Positions 9,720-17,665 of a stretch of DNA of 64,000 nt are shown here, one piece after another. Made by a program: the position numbers and the translations under genes. Origin of the DNA: Candidatus Latescibacterota bacterium (GTDB lineage: Bacteria > Latescibacterota > UBA2968 > UBA8231); the NCBI GenBank assembly GCA_965204725.1, contig OZ242005.1:1920001-1984000 (forward strand), given 5' to 3'. Every line of letters starts with the position of its first letter. The first letter of the stretch is position 1. Below the pieces are notes generated by a model, which was not told the origin of the DNA, did not search any database, and saw only the letters and a list, made by a program, of their open reading frames with translations.

Positions 9720-10157
9720 ATGACGGAACAACCCCTCCCCCTCCCTCAAACGCAAGACCGTGACCTCCGTCTTGGCCGGTTAGAAGGCCTTGCCGATCAA
9801 TTCGTCGAGCAAAGCCGCGAGACCAACGTCCGCTTAGGCCGCATGGAGCAAACCATTGCCGAGCAAGGCCGCCGCATCGACGAGCAAGGCCGCGACCTGC
9901 GGCAAGAGATCGCCGAGCAAGGGCAGCAGACGAACGCTCGCTTTGACCGCATGGAGCAAACCATCGACGAGCAAGGCCGCGACCTGCGGCAAGAGATCGC
10001 CGCACAAGGGCAGCAGACGAACGCTCGCTTTGACCGCATGGAGCAAGCTATCGACAAGCAAAGGCACCGTATTGATGTGCTGACGCGGTGGTTGGTGGGG
10101 ATGCAGGTGGCTAGCTTGGTGGCGTTGGGGACGTTGATTTTGGTGCGGTTGCCCTGA
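9720..10157 (+). CDS. Repetitive coiled-coil protein with C-terminal membrane anchor (DUF1640/Bdr-like architecture), copy 1
   Basis: RBS AAGGAG; 7/11-aa repeats IDEQGRDLRQE / IAEQGQQTNAR / FDRMEQT; 87-nt direct repeat 9875-9959 / 9962-10046; hydrophobic end WLVGMQVASLVALGTLILVRLP. Confidence 0.85.
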   Translation: MTEQPLPLPQTQDRDLRLGRLEGLADQFVEQSRETNVRLGRMEQTIAEQGRRIDEQGRDLRQEIAEQGQQTNARFDRMEQTIDEQGRDLRQEIAAQGQQTNARFDRMEQAIDKQRHRIDVLTRWLVGMQVASLVALGTLILVRLP

Positions 10158-10204
10158 TCTAGCCGCCCCCCCTACGTCGCCAGCGACGCGACCACAGCCT
10201 TCCT

Positions 10205-10321
10205 GTCATACTGAGCGTAGCGAAGTATCTCATACCCAACACTCCATACAGAACATCCCTTATAACTGCCTCGAAAGCATGTAAAGATGCTTCGGCTGCG
10301 CTGCGCTGCGCTCAGCAGGAC
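10205..10321. repeat. Inverted pair of REP-like elements (GTCATACTGAGCGTAGCGAAGTATCT family)
   Basis: 10205-10231 forward; 10285-10321 inverted variant with a (CTGCG)3 expansion; further copies at 10587-10613 and 15499-15525. Confidence 0.75.
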
Positions 10322-10489
10322 ACACGGGCGGCCTTTGCGGGCGGGGGTTTTTCGGCATATTTTGGTGTTTTATGAATGAGCAGAATGAACAGGGACGAAT
10401 CAGGAAGATGGTAAATCAACTGAATTATGAGAGGATGTTGGCGGCGGGGCAGCCGGCCGCGATGACCGCATCCTGCTTTCAATGTCAAG

Positions 10490-10548
10490 ACTTAATAATT
10501 CGTCGTAACTTATTGAAAGACAAGCATTTACCCCCCCCCCCCCCCCCC
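10490..10548. repeat. Imperfect palindrome GTAACTTATTGAAAGACAAGCATTTA plus C18 tract (copy 2)
   Basis: Reverse complement resembles 9221-9280. Confidence 0.75.
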
Positions 10549-10586
10549 ACGACAGCAGCGACGCGGCCACAGGCTTCCGGCTTCCT

Positions 10587-10613
10587 GTCATACTGAGCGG
10601 AGCGAAGTATCTC
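10587..10613 (+). repeat. REP-like element
   Basis: GTCATACTGAGCGGAGCGAAGTATCTC; part of a direct duplication of 10181-10236. Confidence 0.75.
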
Positions 10614-10738
10614 ATACCGGCAGGGCGCGTGGGGGACGGTCTGGCGCGGGATGACGGATCGCCTCCCCCCCTTTGTGCCTTTTGTGCCTTTTGTGGCTAT
10701 CTTTTGGTCCTTCCCGACACGTCAAACGCAACTTATGC

Positions 10739-10766
10739 TTGCAAAAATAGCCTTTTTTAGCATAAT
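10739..10766 (+). promoter_or_regulatory. Putative sigma70 promoter of the large surface-protein gene
   Basis: TTGCAA-N16-CATAAT in an AT-rich stretch; RBS AGGAGG at about 10821. Confidence 0.4.
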
Positions 10767-10833
10767 TATTGAATGGCTTGAATAACCTAAAAACGTCTCT
10801 TTGTATTCTTTGCATTCCACAGGAGGTTGAACG

Positions 10834-13800
10834 ATGACATCCATGAAGTTTTTTGCATACCGGCCCTACGCTCTTTCCCTGCTCGTCGCGGGCTTGGTGC
10901 TGGGGTGGGCTGGCTCGGCGGCAGCGGACATTACGCTGTCGGTAGATAAACCTACCATACGCGAGGAGGACGGCCGGACTGAGATTACGGTGACTGCCGA
11001 AAGCAACACGAAGGTGACAGCAAATACGGTGGTCTCCCTGAAACTGGGTGCCCGGACTTTCGATTTATTCCCCGGGAATATCCTCCCCAACGGAGTAGGG
11101 AATGTCAGCCCCGGCCACACTGTAGATGAACATGGTCGTTGGACGGGTTATGGGCAGCCTTGGTGGGCCTTTGGAGGTGCGGACCGTAGGCGAGGTGCTC
11201 GCCTGACTCCGCAGACAAAGCCGGGGGGGGATTGGAAAGACTGGTTCAATAGTCGCGCCCATGTCAATGACCGCTTCGCCATCACGCTGCCGACGCTCGT
11301 CATTCCGAAGGACCAGAAAAAGGCGACCGGCACCATTATCCTCACGCCTGTCGATAACGACGAGCGCGGTTTTTATAATACCTATGATGACTTCACCCAG
11401 CCTTTTGGCCTTGATCAACGAGAAGATATTGATTTTGTATTCGAGGGAGGACAAGTCTACTTTAGAGTCGATGGTGTTCTATACCCCGACGACGGGGTCG
11501 GTACTGAACAGGCGTACCGCATAAGAAGACAGCGCGGCACCCTCCTGGGCCGCCGCTATCCCGATCTTATCATTAAAATTGACGGCCTTGCCGGTAGCGA
11601 TCCGGTTAATACGGTTAATCGGACGGAGATTCGCGTGACGGACGACGAAAAGCTAACCAATCAGGTAAACCTTTCGTTTTCGCCGGCCAGTCTGAGCAAG
11701 GACGCGGGGCCGACCGAGGTTACCGTGACCGCGACCTTAAACGGCGGTACGCTGCGGTCGGACCAAACCTTTACCTTGATCCATAAAACGCAGTTCCCCG
11801 GTGCTCATTACGAGAATTTCCCGCCGGGTGTTCGTGCGTCCGATGTACTGACGCGCGATACGGATTACTCGGCGACGTCCGCGTCGCTAACCATACGCCG
11901 GAATAAGCCATCGGGGAAGGCGACGATTACCATCGATCCCAAAGGCAAGGTTGGCTACATCGCGCTCGCGGCGGGGACGGAGCGGCTGGTCCTCACGGGC
12001 ATTGACTTGAATCTCGATGGGGATATGAGCGACTCGCTGGCGCTTAGTAAAGTAAGCCGGTTCGTCGATAGTAATACTAAGCGACCCGACCGCGCCGTTT
12101 TCTTCAACGAAGAAGGTTTAGGCTGCACCCCCACGACCTCCGGCGAACCCCTGTCCCAACACGATCTCAACTTTGATGGCCGCTGCGATGGCATTATTCG
12201 GGAAGGGAGAATCGGCATCGACCTGAACGGTGATGGGAGGATTGAGTATGCTAACATTAATCAGGTGATAAACTTTGGTACGGGTCAAGCGATTCGACAA
12301 AATTTAGGGATTGGTGCTCAGATGGTCCTATTTGGCCAACTAGGCAATGCTGACAATCGCGACCCCAATCGCGACGGCGGAGCCCTGCTGCTGGCTGCGA
12401 TAGCGGCTAAAAGGGTCCCTTGGATCGCTGACCGGGGTGCTCAGTTTAGCACCGAGTACAATCCTAATACTGGTGTTCCATGGGAGCTACCGGTTGTCCC
12501 AGGTGGTACCCGTCCCGATGAGTGGCCTACGTCGAATCCGAGGTTTGTGTTAGTTGAAAGCAAACTGCCGCAGTATATTGAGTTTCCCCACCATCTCTTT
12601 GAGATAACGGACACCCCCGTTGTCACGCTCAAAAGCGCGACCGACGGCCTGACCGCCACGCCTGCGACAATCCGCGAGGGCGCCGGTCGGCAAGAAATCG
12701 CCCTGAAGGTCACCTTGAAGGACGCCGTAGCGTCGGATACGCGAGTGACGTTCACCATCAACCCGCAAGAGGGTCGCCGCGACATAGACTACACGGTCGT
12801 CTTGAGCGATCTCGTCGTGCCCAAAGGCCAAACCTCGGCCTCGACGACGCTGGTTCTCACCCCAGTCGATAACGAGGTAGTGAACGACGCGCGGACCTTC
12901 GATGTAGTCGCCTCGGTCGGCGAGTCCGCCACCGACGCCACCGCGACGATCACCATTGTAGATGACGAGACGCAGAGCACGCAGATCATGCTGACGGCCA
13001 GTCCGGCGGAACTCAAGGCTGGCACCGGCGCCAACAACGTCACGATCACCGGCACGTTAGACGGCCAATCCTTCGACGAGGACGTGGACATAGTCTTAGT
13101 CGTCACCACCGATACGGACGCCGACGGCGATGTGGACGACGCCGATAAAGCCGCCACCCGCGACACCGAATACACGGCGATCTTGCGCGGCCTGACGATT
13201 GAGGCGGGCGAAGTCAGCGGCACAACCACTGTGTCCGTAACCCCCCTCGCGGGCGGCGACAAAAAGATCGGCCTAACCGCCCTAAAAAGCCCGGTCAAGA
13301 ACGATGACGACGAGGACGTCACCGTCACCACAACCGTCATAACCCTGAAAGACGGCGACCCAGAGACCGGGCCGGGCATCCTTGCTTTCGACGAGGACGT
13401 CGACGTCGTCTCCACCGTGTTTGAATACGTAGTCGGCACGGCCATTGAGCCGTACGTCCTACCCGCGGCCACCGGCGGCATTGGCGACAAGACCTACAGC
13501 GTGTCCGCCACCCTGCCCGCCGGTCTAGTCTTCGACGCAGAAACGCGCACCCTGTCGGGCACGCCGCTGACAGCGGGCGACGCCACCGTCGTGTACACAG
13601 TCATCGACAGCGCCCCCGACCCAGTCAACACTGCCGTCCTCAGCCTGACCTTTGAGATCGGCACGGCCCCGCCCGCCACCGTGCGCGTCGCCAGCATCAC
13701 CTCGACGCATTCGTCCATCCGCGAGAACGGCGAGACCACCGCCATCCTCCTAACGGCGACGCTAGCCGCTCCCGCCCCCAGAGCCGAGACCATCCTGTTC

Positions 13801-15267
13801 ACCATTGCCGCCCCCAGTTCCGGCACCCCCGCCGTGCGCGACGCCGATTACACCGCCGTCATCGGCGGCTCCGTCGTCATCGCCGCCGGCGAAACACAGG
13901 GCCGGACGCTGCTCACCCTCACCCCCCTCGACAACGAGGAAGTCGATGGCAACAAGTACCTAGGCGCGCAAGCCTCCGCTTCCGGCGGCTCCGCCCAAAC
14001 CGACATCAAAATCGCCGACGACGAGACGCCCAGCACGTCCCTGTCGCTGGAGGTAACGCCGCACACCCTCAGCGAGGACGCTGGTGTGACGCAACTGACC
14101 GTCACCGCCATGCTAGACGGCAAAGCCCTCGACGCCGCTGCAACCGTAACCCTTTCCATTGACCCAGAATCGGCTGCCACCCGCGATTTAGACTACTCTG
14201 CGTTGTACAACCCCTCGCTGTCCATCCCGGCCGGTTCCACCTCCGGTTCGATCACCCTGCTGATCGACCCGACGGCTGACAACGAGGACGAAGGCAACGA
14301 GACGATCACCCTCACCGCTTCTGCTGAGGGCCTAACGAGCGCCTCCGCCCACATCACGCTCGCCGACGCTGGCACAGAGGCGACGCTTCCCCCGGAAGCC
14401 ACCCCTCTGTCCTTCGCCGACGGCACGTCAATCGCCGACCAAAAATACACCGCCGGTACGGAGATCAGCGCTATGGAACTCCCAGCGGCCGTTGGCGGCG
14501 TCGGCGACATAGCCTATAGCGTGTCGGACCTGCCTTCCGGCCTGTCCTTCGACGCTGCCACGCGGACGATTTCGGGTACACCCGACGCGGCCACCGACGA
14601 ACCTGTCGAAATCACCTACACCGCCGCCGACGGCACGGGAGCCTCCGCCACGTTGACCTTCTCCATCACAGTCAACGCCGAGATAACCTTCGACCTAGTC
14701 TTCTTCGGCGCCGGCAAGCTCGTCCCAACCGCTTCCGACGACGGTGCTTCCATCCCCGAGTTCATCTCCGGTCAGCCGGTCAATGCCTTCACGCTCCCTT
14801 CCGCCACCGGCGGCACCGAGCCGCTGACCTACACCCTTTCTCCAGACCTCCCAGCGGGCCTGTCCTTCGACGCTGCCACCCGCACGATTTCCGGTACGCC
14901 GCAGTCCGAAGGCTCCCCCGTTTACATCTACACGGTGACGGACGCCCTCGGTGCCAGCGTAACAATGCAGCTTCAGACGCGCCCCGCCGCCTTCGCGCTC
15001 GCAACCAACTACCCCAACCCCTTCAACCCGGCGACGACGATCCAGTACGCCCTGCCGCAACCGGCCGACGTGCAGCTAACGGTCTATAATGTAGTAGGCC
15101 AAGTCGTGCGGACGCTGGTGGCTGAGCACCAAGCTGCCGGCCGCTATCTAGTCGCTTGGGACGCCACCAACGACAACGGCCAAAGCCTGTCAGCAGGGGT
15201 TTACTTCTACCGCTTGCAGGCCGGCGGCGAGTTCCACGCCGTAAGGAAGATGCTGTTGCTCAAGTAA
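10834..15267 (+). CDS. Large secreted/surface protein: Calx-beta-like and putative Ig (He_PIG-like) repeats, C-terminal FlgD-Ig/T9SS type A-like sorting domain
   Basis: Signal peptide (…GSAAA|D); repeats LPAGLxFDAxTRTxSGTP; repeats RDxDY...LTPxDN...ITIxDDE; DxNxDG Ca-binding-like motifs; C-terminal NYPNPFNPATTIQY...GVYFYRL...RKMLLLK. Confidence 0.9.
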   Translation: MTSMKFFAYRPYALSLLVAGLVLGWAGSAAADITLSVDKPTIREEDGRTEITVTAESNTKVTANTVVSLKLGARTFDLFPGNILPNGVGNVSPGHTVDEHGRWTGYGQPWWAFGGADRRRGARLTPQTKPGGDWKDWFNSRAHVNDRFAITLPTLVIPKDQKKATGTIILTPVDNDERGFYNTYDDFTQPFGLDQREDIDFVFEGGQVYFRVDGVLYPDDGVGTEQAYRIRRQRGTLLGRRYPDLIIKIDGLAGSDPVNTVNRTEIRVTDDEKLTNQVNLSFSPASLSKDAGPTEVTVTATLNGGTLRSDQTFTLIHKTQFPGAHYENFPPGVRASDVLTRDTDYSATSASLTIRRNKPSGKATITIDPKGKVGYIALAAGTERLVLTGIDLNLDGDMSDSLALSKVSRFVDSNTKRPDRAVFFNEEGLGCTPTTSGEPLSQHDLNFDGRCDGIIREGRIGIDLNGDGRIEYANINQVINFGTGQAIRQNLGIGAQMVLFGQLGNADNRDPNRDGGALLLAAIAAKRVPWIADRGAQFSTEYNPNTGVPWELPVVPGGTRPDEWPTSNPRFVLVESKLPQYIEFPHHLFEITDTPVVTLKSATDGLTATPATIREGAGRQEIALKVTLKDAVASDTRVTFTINPQEGRRDIDYTVVLSDLVVPKGQTSASTTLVLTPVDNEVVNDARTFDVVASVGESATDATATITIVDDETQSTQIMLTASPAELKAGTGANNVTITGTLDGQSFDEDVDIVLVVTTDTDADGDVDDADKAATRDTEYTAILRGLTIEAGEVSGTTTVSVTPLAGGDKKIGLTALKSPVKNDDDEDVTVTTTVITLKDGDPETGPGILAFDEDVDVVSTVFEYVVGTAIEPYVLPAATGGIGDKTYSVSATLPAGLVFDAETRTLSGTPLTAGDATVVYTVIDSAPDPVNTAVLSLTFEIGTAPPATVRVASITSTHSSIRENGETTAILLTATLAAPAPRAETILFTIAAPSSGTPAVRDADYTAVIGGSVVIAAGETQGRTLLTLTPLDNEEVDGNKYLGAQASASGGSAQTDIKIADDETPSTSLSLEVTPHTLSEDAGVTQLTVTAMLDGKALDAAATVTLSIDPESAATRDLDYSALYNPSLSIPAGSTSGSITLLIDPTADNEDEGNETITLTASAEGLTSASAHITLADAGTEATLPPEATPLSFADGTSIADQKYTAGTEISAMELPAAVGGVGDIAYSVSDLPSGLSFDAATRTISGTPDAATDEPVEITYTAADGTGASATLTFSITVNAEITFDLVFFGAGKLVPTASDDGASIPEFISGQPVNAFTLPSATGGTEPLTYTLSPDLPAGLSFDAATRTISGTPQSEGSPVYIYTVTDALGASVTMQLQTRPAAFALATNYPNPFNPATTIQYALPQPADVQLTVYNVVGQVVRTLVAEHQAAGRYLVAWDATNDNGQSLSAGVYFYRLQAGGEFHAVRKMLLLK

Positions 15268-15327
15268 TCGTCCTTCCCGCTCCGTGTTAGGTCACGGGGC
15301 GGGAATCCACCGACCCCCCAAGTTCAT

Positions 15328-15370
15328 AAAATGGGGCCTCTCTCCACCAGAGCAGAGGCCCCATTTTTCT
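15328..15370 (+). terminator. Rho-independent terminator (possibly bidirectional)
   Basis: AAAATGGGGCCTCT...AGAGGCCCCATTTTT. Confidence 0.85.
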
Positions 15371-15498
15371 TTCTAATAATAGACGTGAAGTTGTTGCGTT
15401 TCCTTACGGACTGACGCACGGGAAAGGCCAGAAGATAGCCACAAAAGGCACAAAGAGGGCGAGGGCAAATTGCAAGTTCTGCATGGAGTGTTGGGTAT

Positions 15499-15525
15499 GA
15501 GATACTTCGCTACGCTCAGTATGAC
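15499..15525 (-). repeat. REP-like element
   Basis: GAGATACTTCGCTACGCTCAGTATGAC = reverse complement of 10205-10231. Confidence 0.8.
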
Positions 15526-15547
15526 GAGGGCTGGGGCCGCGTCGGTG

Positions 15548-15617
15548 GCGTCGTAGGGGGGGGGCGTCGTCGTAGGGGGGGATGGTCGCGTCGTAGGGGG
15601 GGATGGTCGCGTCGTAG
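15548..15617. repeat. Short G-rich tandem repeat (GTCGTAG-G6-8-...)
   Basis: Four GTCGTAG units; two near-identical GTCGTAGGGGGGGATGGTCGC copies. Confidence 0.7.
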
Positions 15618-15627
15618 AGCGGCTAAG

Positions 15628-15998
15628 TTAAGGCAACCGCACCAAGATCAACGTCCCCAACGCCACCAAGCTAGCGATTTGCATCCCAACCAACCAGCGC
15701 GTCAGCGTCTCAATCCGACGCCCTGCGCGTCAATCCGACGCCCCTGCGCGGCGATCTCTTGCCGCAGTTCGCTGCCTTGCGCGTCGATACGGTTGCCTTG
15801 CTCGGCAATGGCTTGCCGCAGTTCGCGCCCTTGCTCGTCGATGCGGCTGCCTTGGGCGTCGATGGTTTGCTCCATGCGGCCTAAGCGGACGTTGGTCTCG
15901 CGGCTTTGCTCAACGAATTGATCGGCAAGGCCTTCTAACCGGCCAAGGCGGAGGTCACGGTCTTGCGTTTGAGTGAGGGGGAGGGGTTGTTCCGTCAT
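15628..15998 (-). pseudogene. Coiled-coil membrane-anchored protein, copy 2, with a 1-nt frameshift near 15721 (or a sequencing error)
   Basis: N-terminus nearly identical to 9720 (MTEQPLPLTQTQDRDLRLGRLEG). The repeat GCGCAGGGGCGTCGGATT recurs with one G missing. The shifted frame continues ETLTRWLVGMQIASLVALGTLILVRLP* to TAA at 15628. Confidence 0.8.
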
Positions 15999-16105
15999 GA
16001 TTCACTCCTTTCGAGTGAGGGGTTTCGGGGGGCTGTTTGGGTATGGCCTGAGAGCGTTTGGGCCATACTTGCAAGATAAGTGAAAATCAGCGGCGCGTCA
16101 CATCT

Positions 16106-16125
16106 ATTCCCGCGAAAGCGGGAAC
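16106..16125. repeat. dRS3-like palindrome ATTCCC-N8-GGGAA(C)
   Basis: ATTCCCGCGAAAGCGGGAAC; inverted copy at 60304-60323; degenerate copy at about 9591-9611. Confidence 0.65.
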
Positions 16126-16196
16126 CAGAAACGGGGGGACGTTTTTGCGTGGGAAGGACGGAGAACACGACCCAAGGGGGGGTTGCAGACCGCGCC

Positions 16197-17075
16197 TCAC
16201 AAAAAGCGCGTAATGCCAAAGCCCATGCGCCAGTTGTCCGGGGCCGCGTCGTCGGGTGCTCCGACCAAATACTGGGCTGGACTCAGGCGCGTATTGTTGG
16301 TGGCGAACACGTAGAAGGTATGCCCCCCGGTATCGATGGACAGGCCCCAAGCGAGCGAATTGTGGGATCGGCCGGCGTCGCCCGGCAATAAAATGCCTTG
16401 GTATCCCGCCAAGGTCGGGCTGTACTCCAACCACACGCCCCATCTAGCGTCAAAGTAATACTGGACGTAGGTCCCCAGCGTAAAGGTGTACTGGGTATCG
16501 ACGCTGAAGATGGCGCTGTTGTACAAATAGGAGGGCACCACCCCTAGGCCCAACCTCTCGTCGAGCAGCGCGTTGAAGATCAATTGCCCGTAGTACTGAA
16601 AATTGTCCGCCGCAGTAGCATCGCGCTCGACAAGGGCCGGCATATCCGTATTCCAAGCCACGCCGGCGTTGAAGGCCAAGACCGCTGGCAAACGCTCGTG
16701 GGGAAATTGCCGCCAATGGTACTGCAACTGTAGGTCCAAATTGTCCAGCACATTACTCCGCCCCAAGGTCGCCATCAGCCGGTCGCTGAGGCCGTAGCTA
16801 AGCGAGGTGCGGATATTGGCCGGCCCATCAAAACCGAAATTGGCCTGATAGCCCTCGTCAATGGGCGGGAAAAAGCGGTGCGAGATCTCGTAGTGGAAAT
16901 CGCCTTGGGACAACGTCTCAGCGGTGGGATAATTGGCCGTCTTAATAGCCCGGAACAACGCCAGCCGCGTCTCGGCTGGGGCACCGGCCTGCCAAGACGG
17001 CTGGGCACTAGCCAAGGCCGGTACTAGCCCACCCCAGACAACCCCCAACCACAAGACGTGCATGTTCACGGTCAA
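16197..17075 (-). CDS. DUF5777-family outer-membrane beta-barrel protein
   Basis: Signal peptide; ISHRF, FGFDGPANIR, IDTGGHTF, GFGITRF C-terminus. Confidence 0.75.
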   Translation of the reverse strand: MTVNMHVLWLGVVWGGLVPALASAQPSWQAGAPAETRLALFRAIKTANYPTAETLSQGDFHYEISHRFFPPIDEGYQANFGFDGPANIRTSLSYGLSDRLMATLGRSNVLDNLDLQLQYHWRQFPHERLPAVLAFNAGVAWNTDMPALVERDATAADNFQYYGQLIFNALLDERLGLGVVPSYLYNSAIFSVDTQYTFTLGTYVQYYFDARWGVWLEYSPTLAGYQGILLPGDAGRSHNSLAWGLSIDTGGHTFYVFATNNTRLSPAQYLVGAPDDAAPDNWRMGFGITRFL

Positions 17076-17086
17076 TCCCTCCGGCT

Positions 17087-17665
17087 CTATCGAACGTGTT
17101 TTAAGTAGAACGAGACCTCAACGGCAATTTCCTCGCTCACCTTGATAAATGCCGCCAAGGAGGGGGCCTCAATGTGGTAGTCGGCCAGTTTGAGGGTAAA
17201 AGCCGCCTCGACCTTGGAACGCCCCGCTTCCACCACTACGGTCCCGGGCACCTCTATGGCGCGGTCCACCCCGTGTAGCGACAGGATCCCCTTGGTCTTG
17301 ACGCGGTAGGCACCCCCTGTGGAATCGATGGCGGCATGCTCGGCGATCGCCCCTTTGTACACGGCCTTGGGCCACTTATCCGTGTCCAGCACTTGGCGCA
17401 TGTCGCGGTCTCGCTTGCCAATGCCCGTATCGAAGCTGGCTAACTCCACCTCAAAATGCAGTTGGTCCTTGGCCGCAAAAAGCGAATCGCCTTCCCAATA
17501 GATGAAGCCGTCAATTTTATCGGTCGTGCCGGTAAAAGTAAGGGCCACCACTTTGGAGGTGAACGCGACTTGGTTGCCCTCGGCCTTTGTATCGACGTGC
17601 CACTCGCCGCCGTGGACAGCCAGCGGCGCGCCGATCAGGAGCGGGATGAGCCAGCGCACCAACAT
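17087..17665 (-). CDS. YceI-family (polyisoprenoid-binding) protein
   Basis: FDTGIGKRDRDM, GILSLHGV, LADYHIEAP; ATG overlaps the upstream stop (TAATG). Confidence 0.85.
   Translation of the reverse strand: MLVRWLIPLLIGAPLAVHGGEWHVDTKAEGNQVAFTSKVVALTFTGTTDKIDGFIYWEGDSLFAAKDQLHFEVELASFDTGIGKRDRDMRQVLDTDKWPKAVYKGAIAEHAAIDSTGGAYRVKTKGILSLHGVDRAIEVPGTVVVEAGRSKVEAAFTLKLADYHIEAPSLAAFIKVSEEIAVEVSFYLKHVR

Larger units (their letters stand above)
9518..10730 (+). repeat. Left arm of a long imperfect inverted repeat (partner 15395-16150)
   Basis: 9604-9870 is near-identical to the reverse complement of about 15850-16114. Further matching blocks: 10080-10255 vs 15478-15705 and 10670-10730 vs 15395-15460. 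Confidence 0.9.
15395..16150 (-). repeat. Right arm of the long imperfect inverted repeat
   Basis: Reverse complement of blocks in 9518-10730. Confidence 0.9.

Noticed and set aside
10372-10815. Short ORFs 10372-10596, 10400-10615 and 10612-10815
   Set aside because: They are composed of poly-C and REP repeats and are most likely non-coding.
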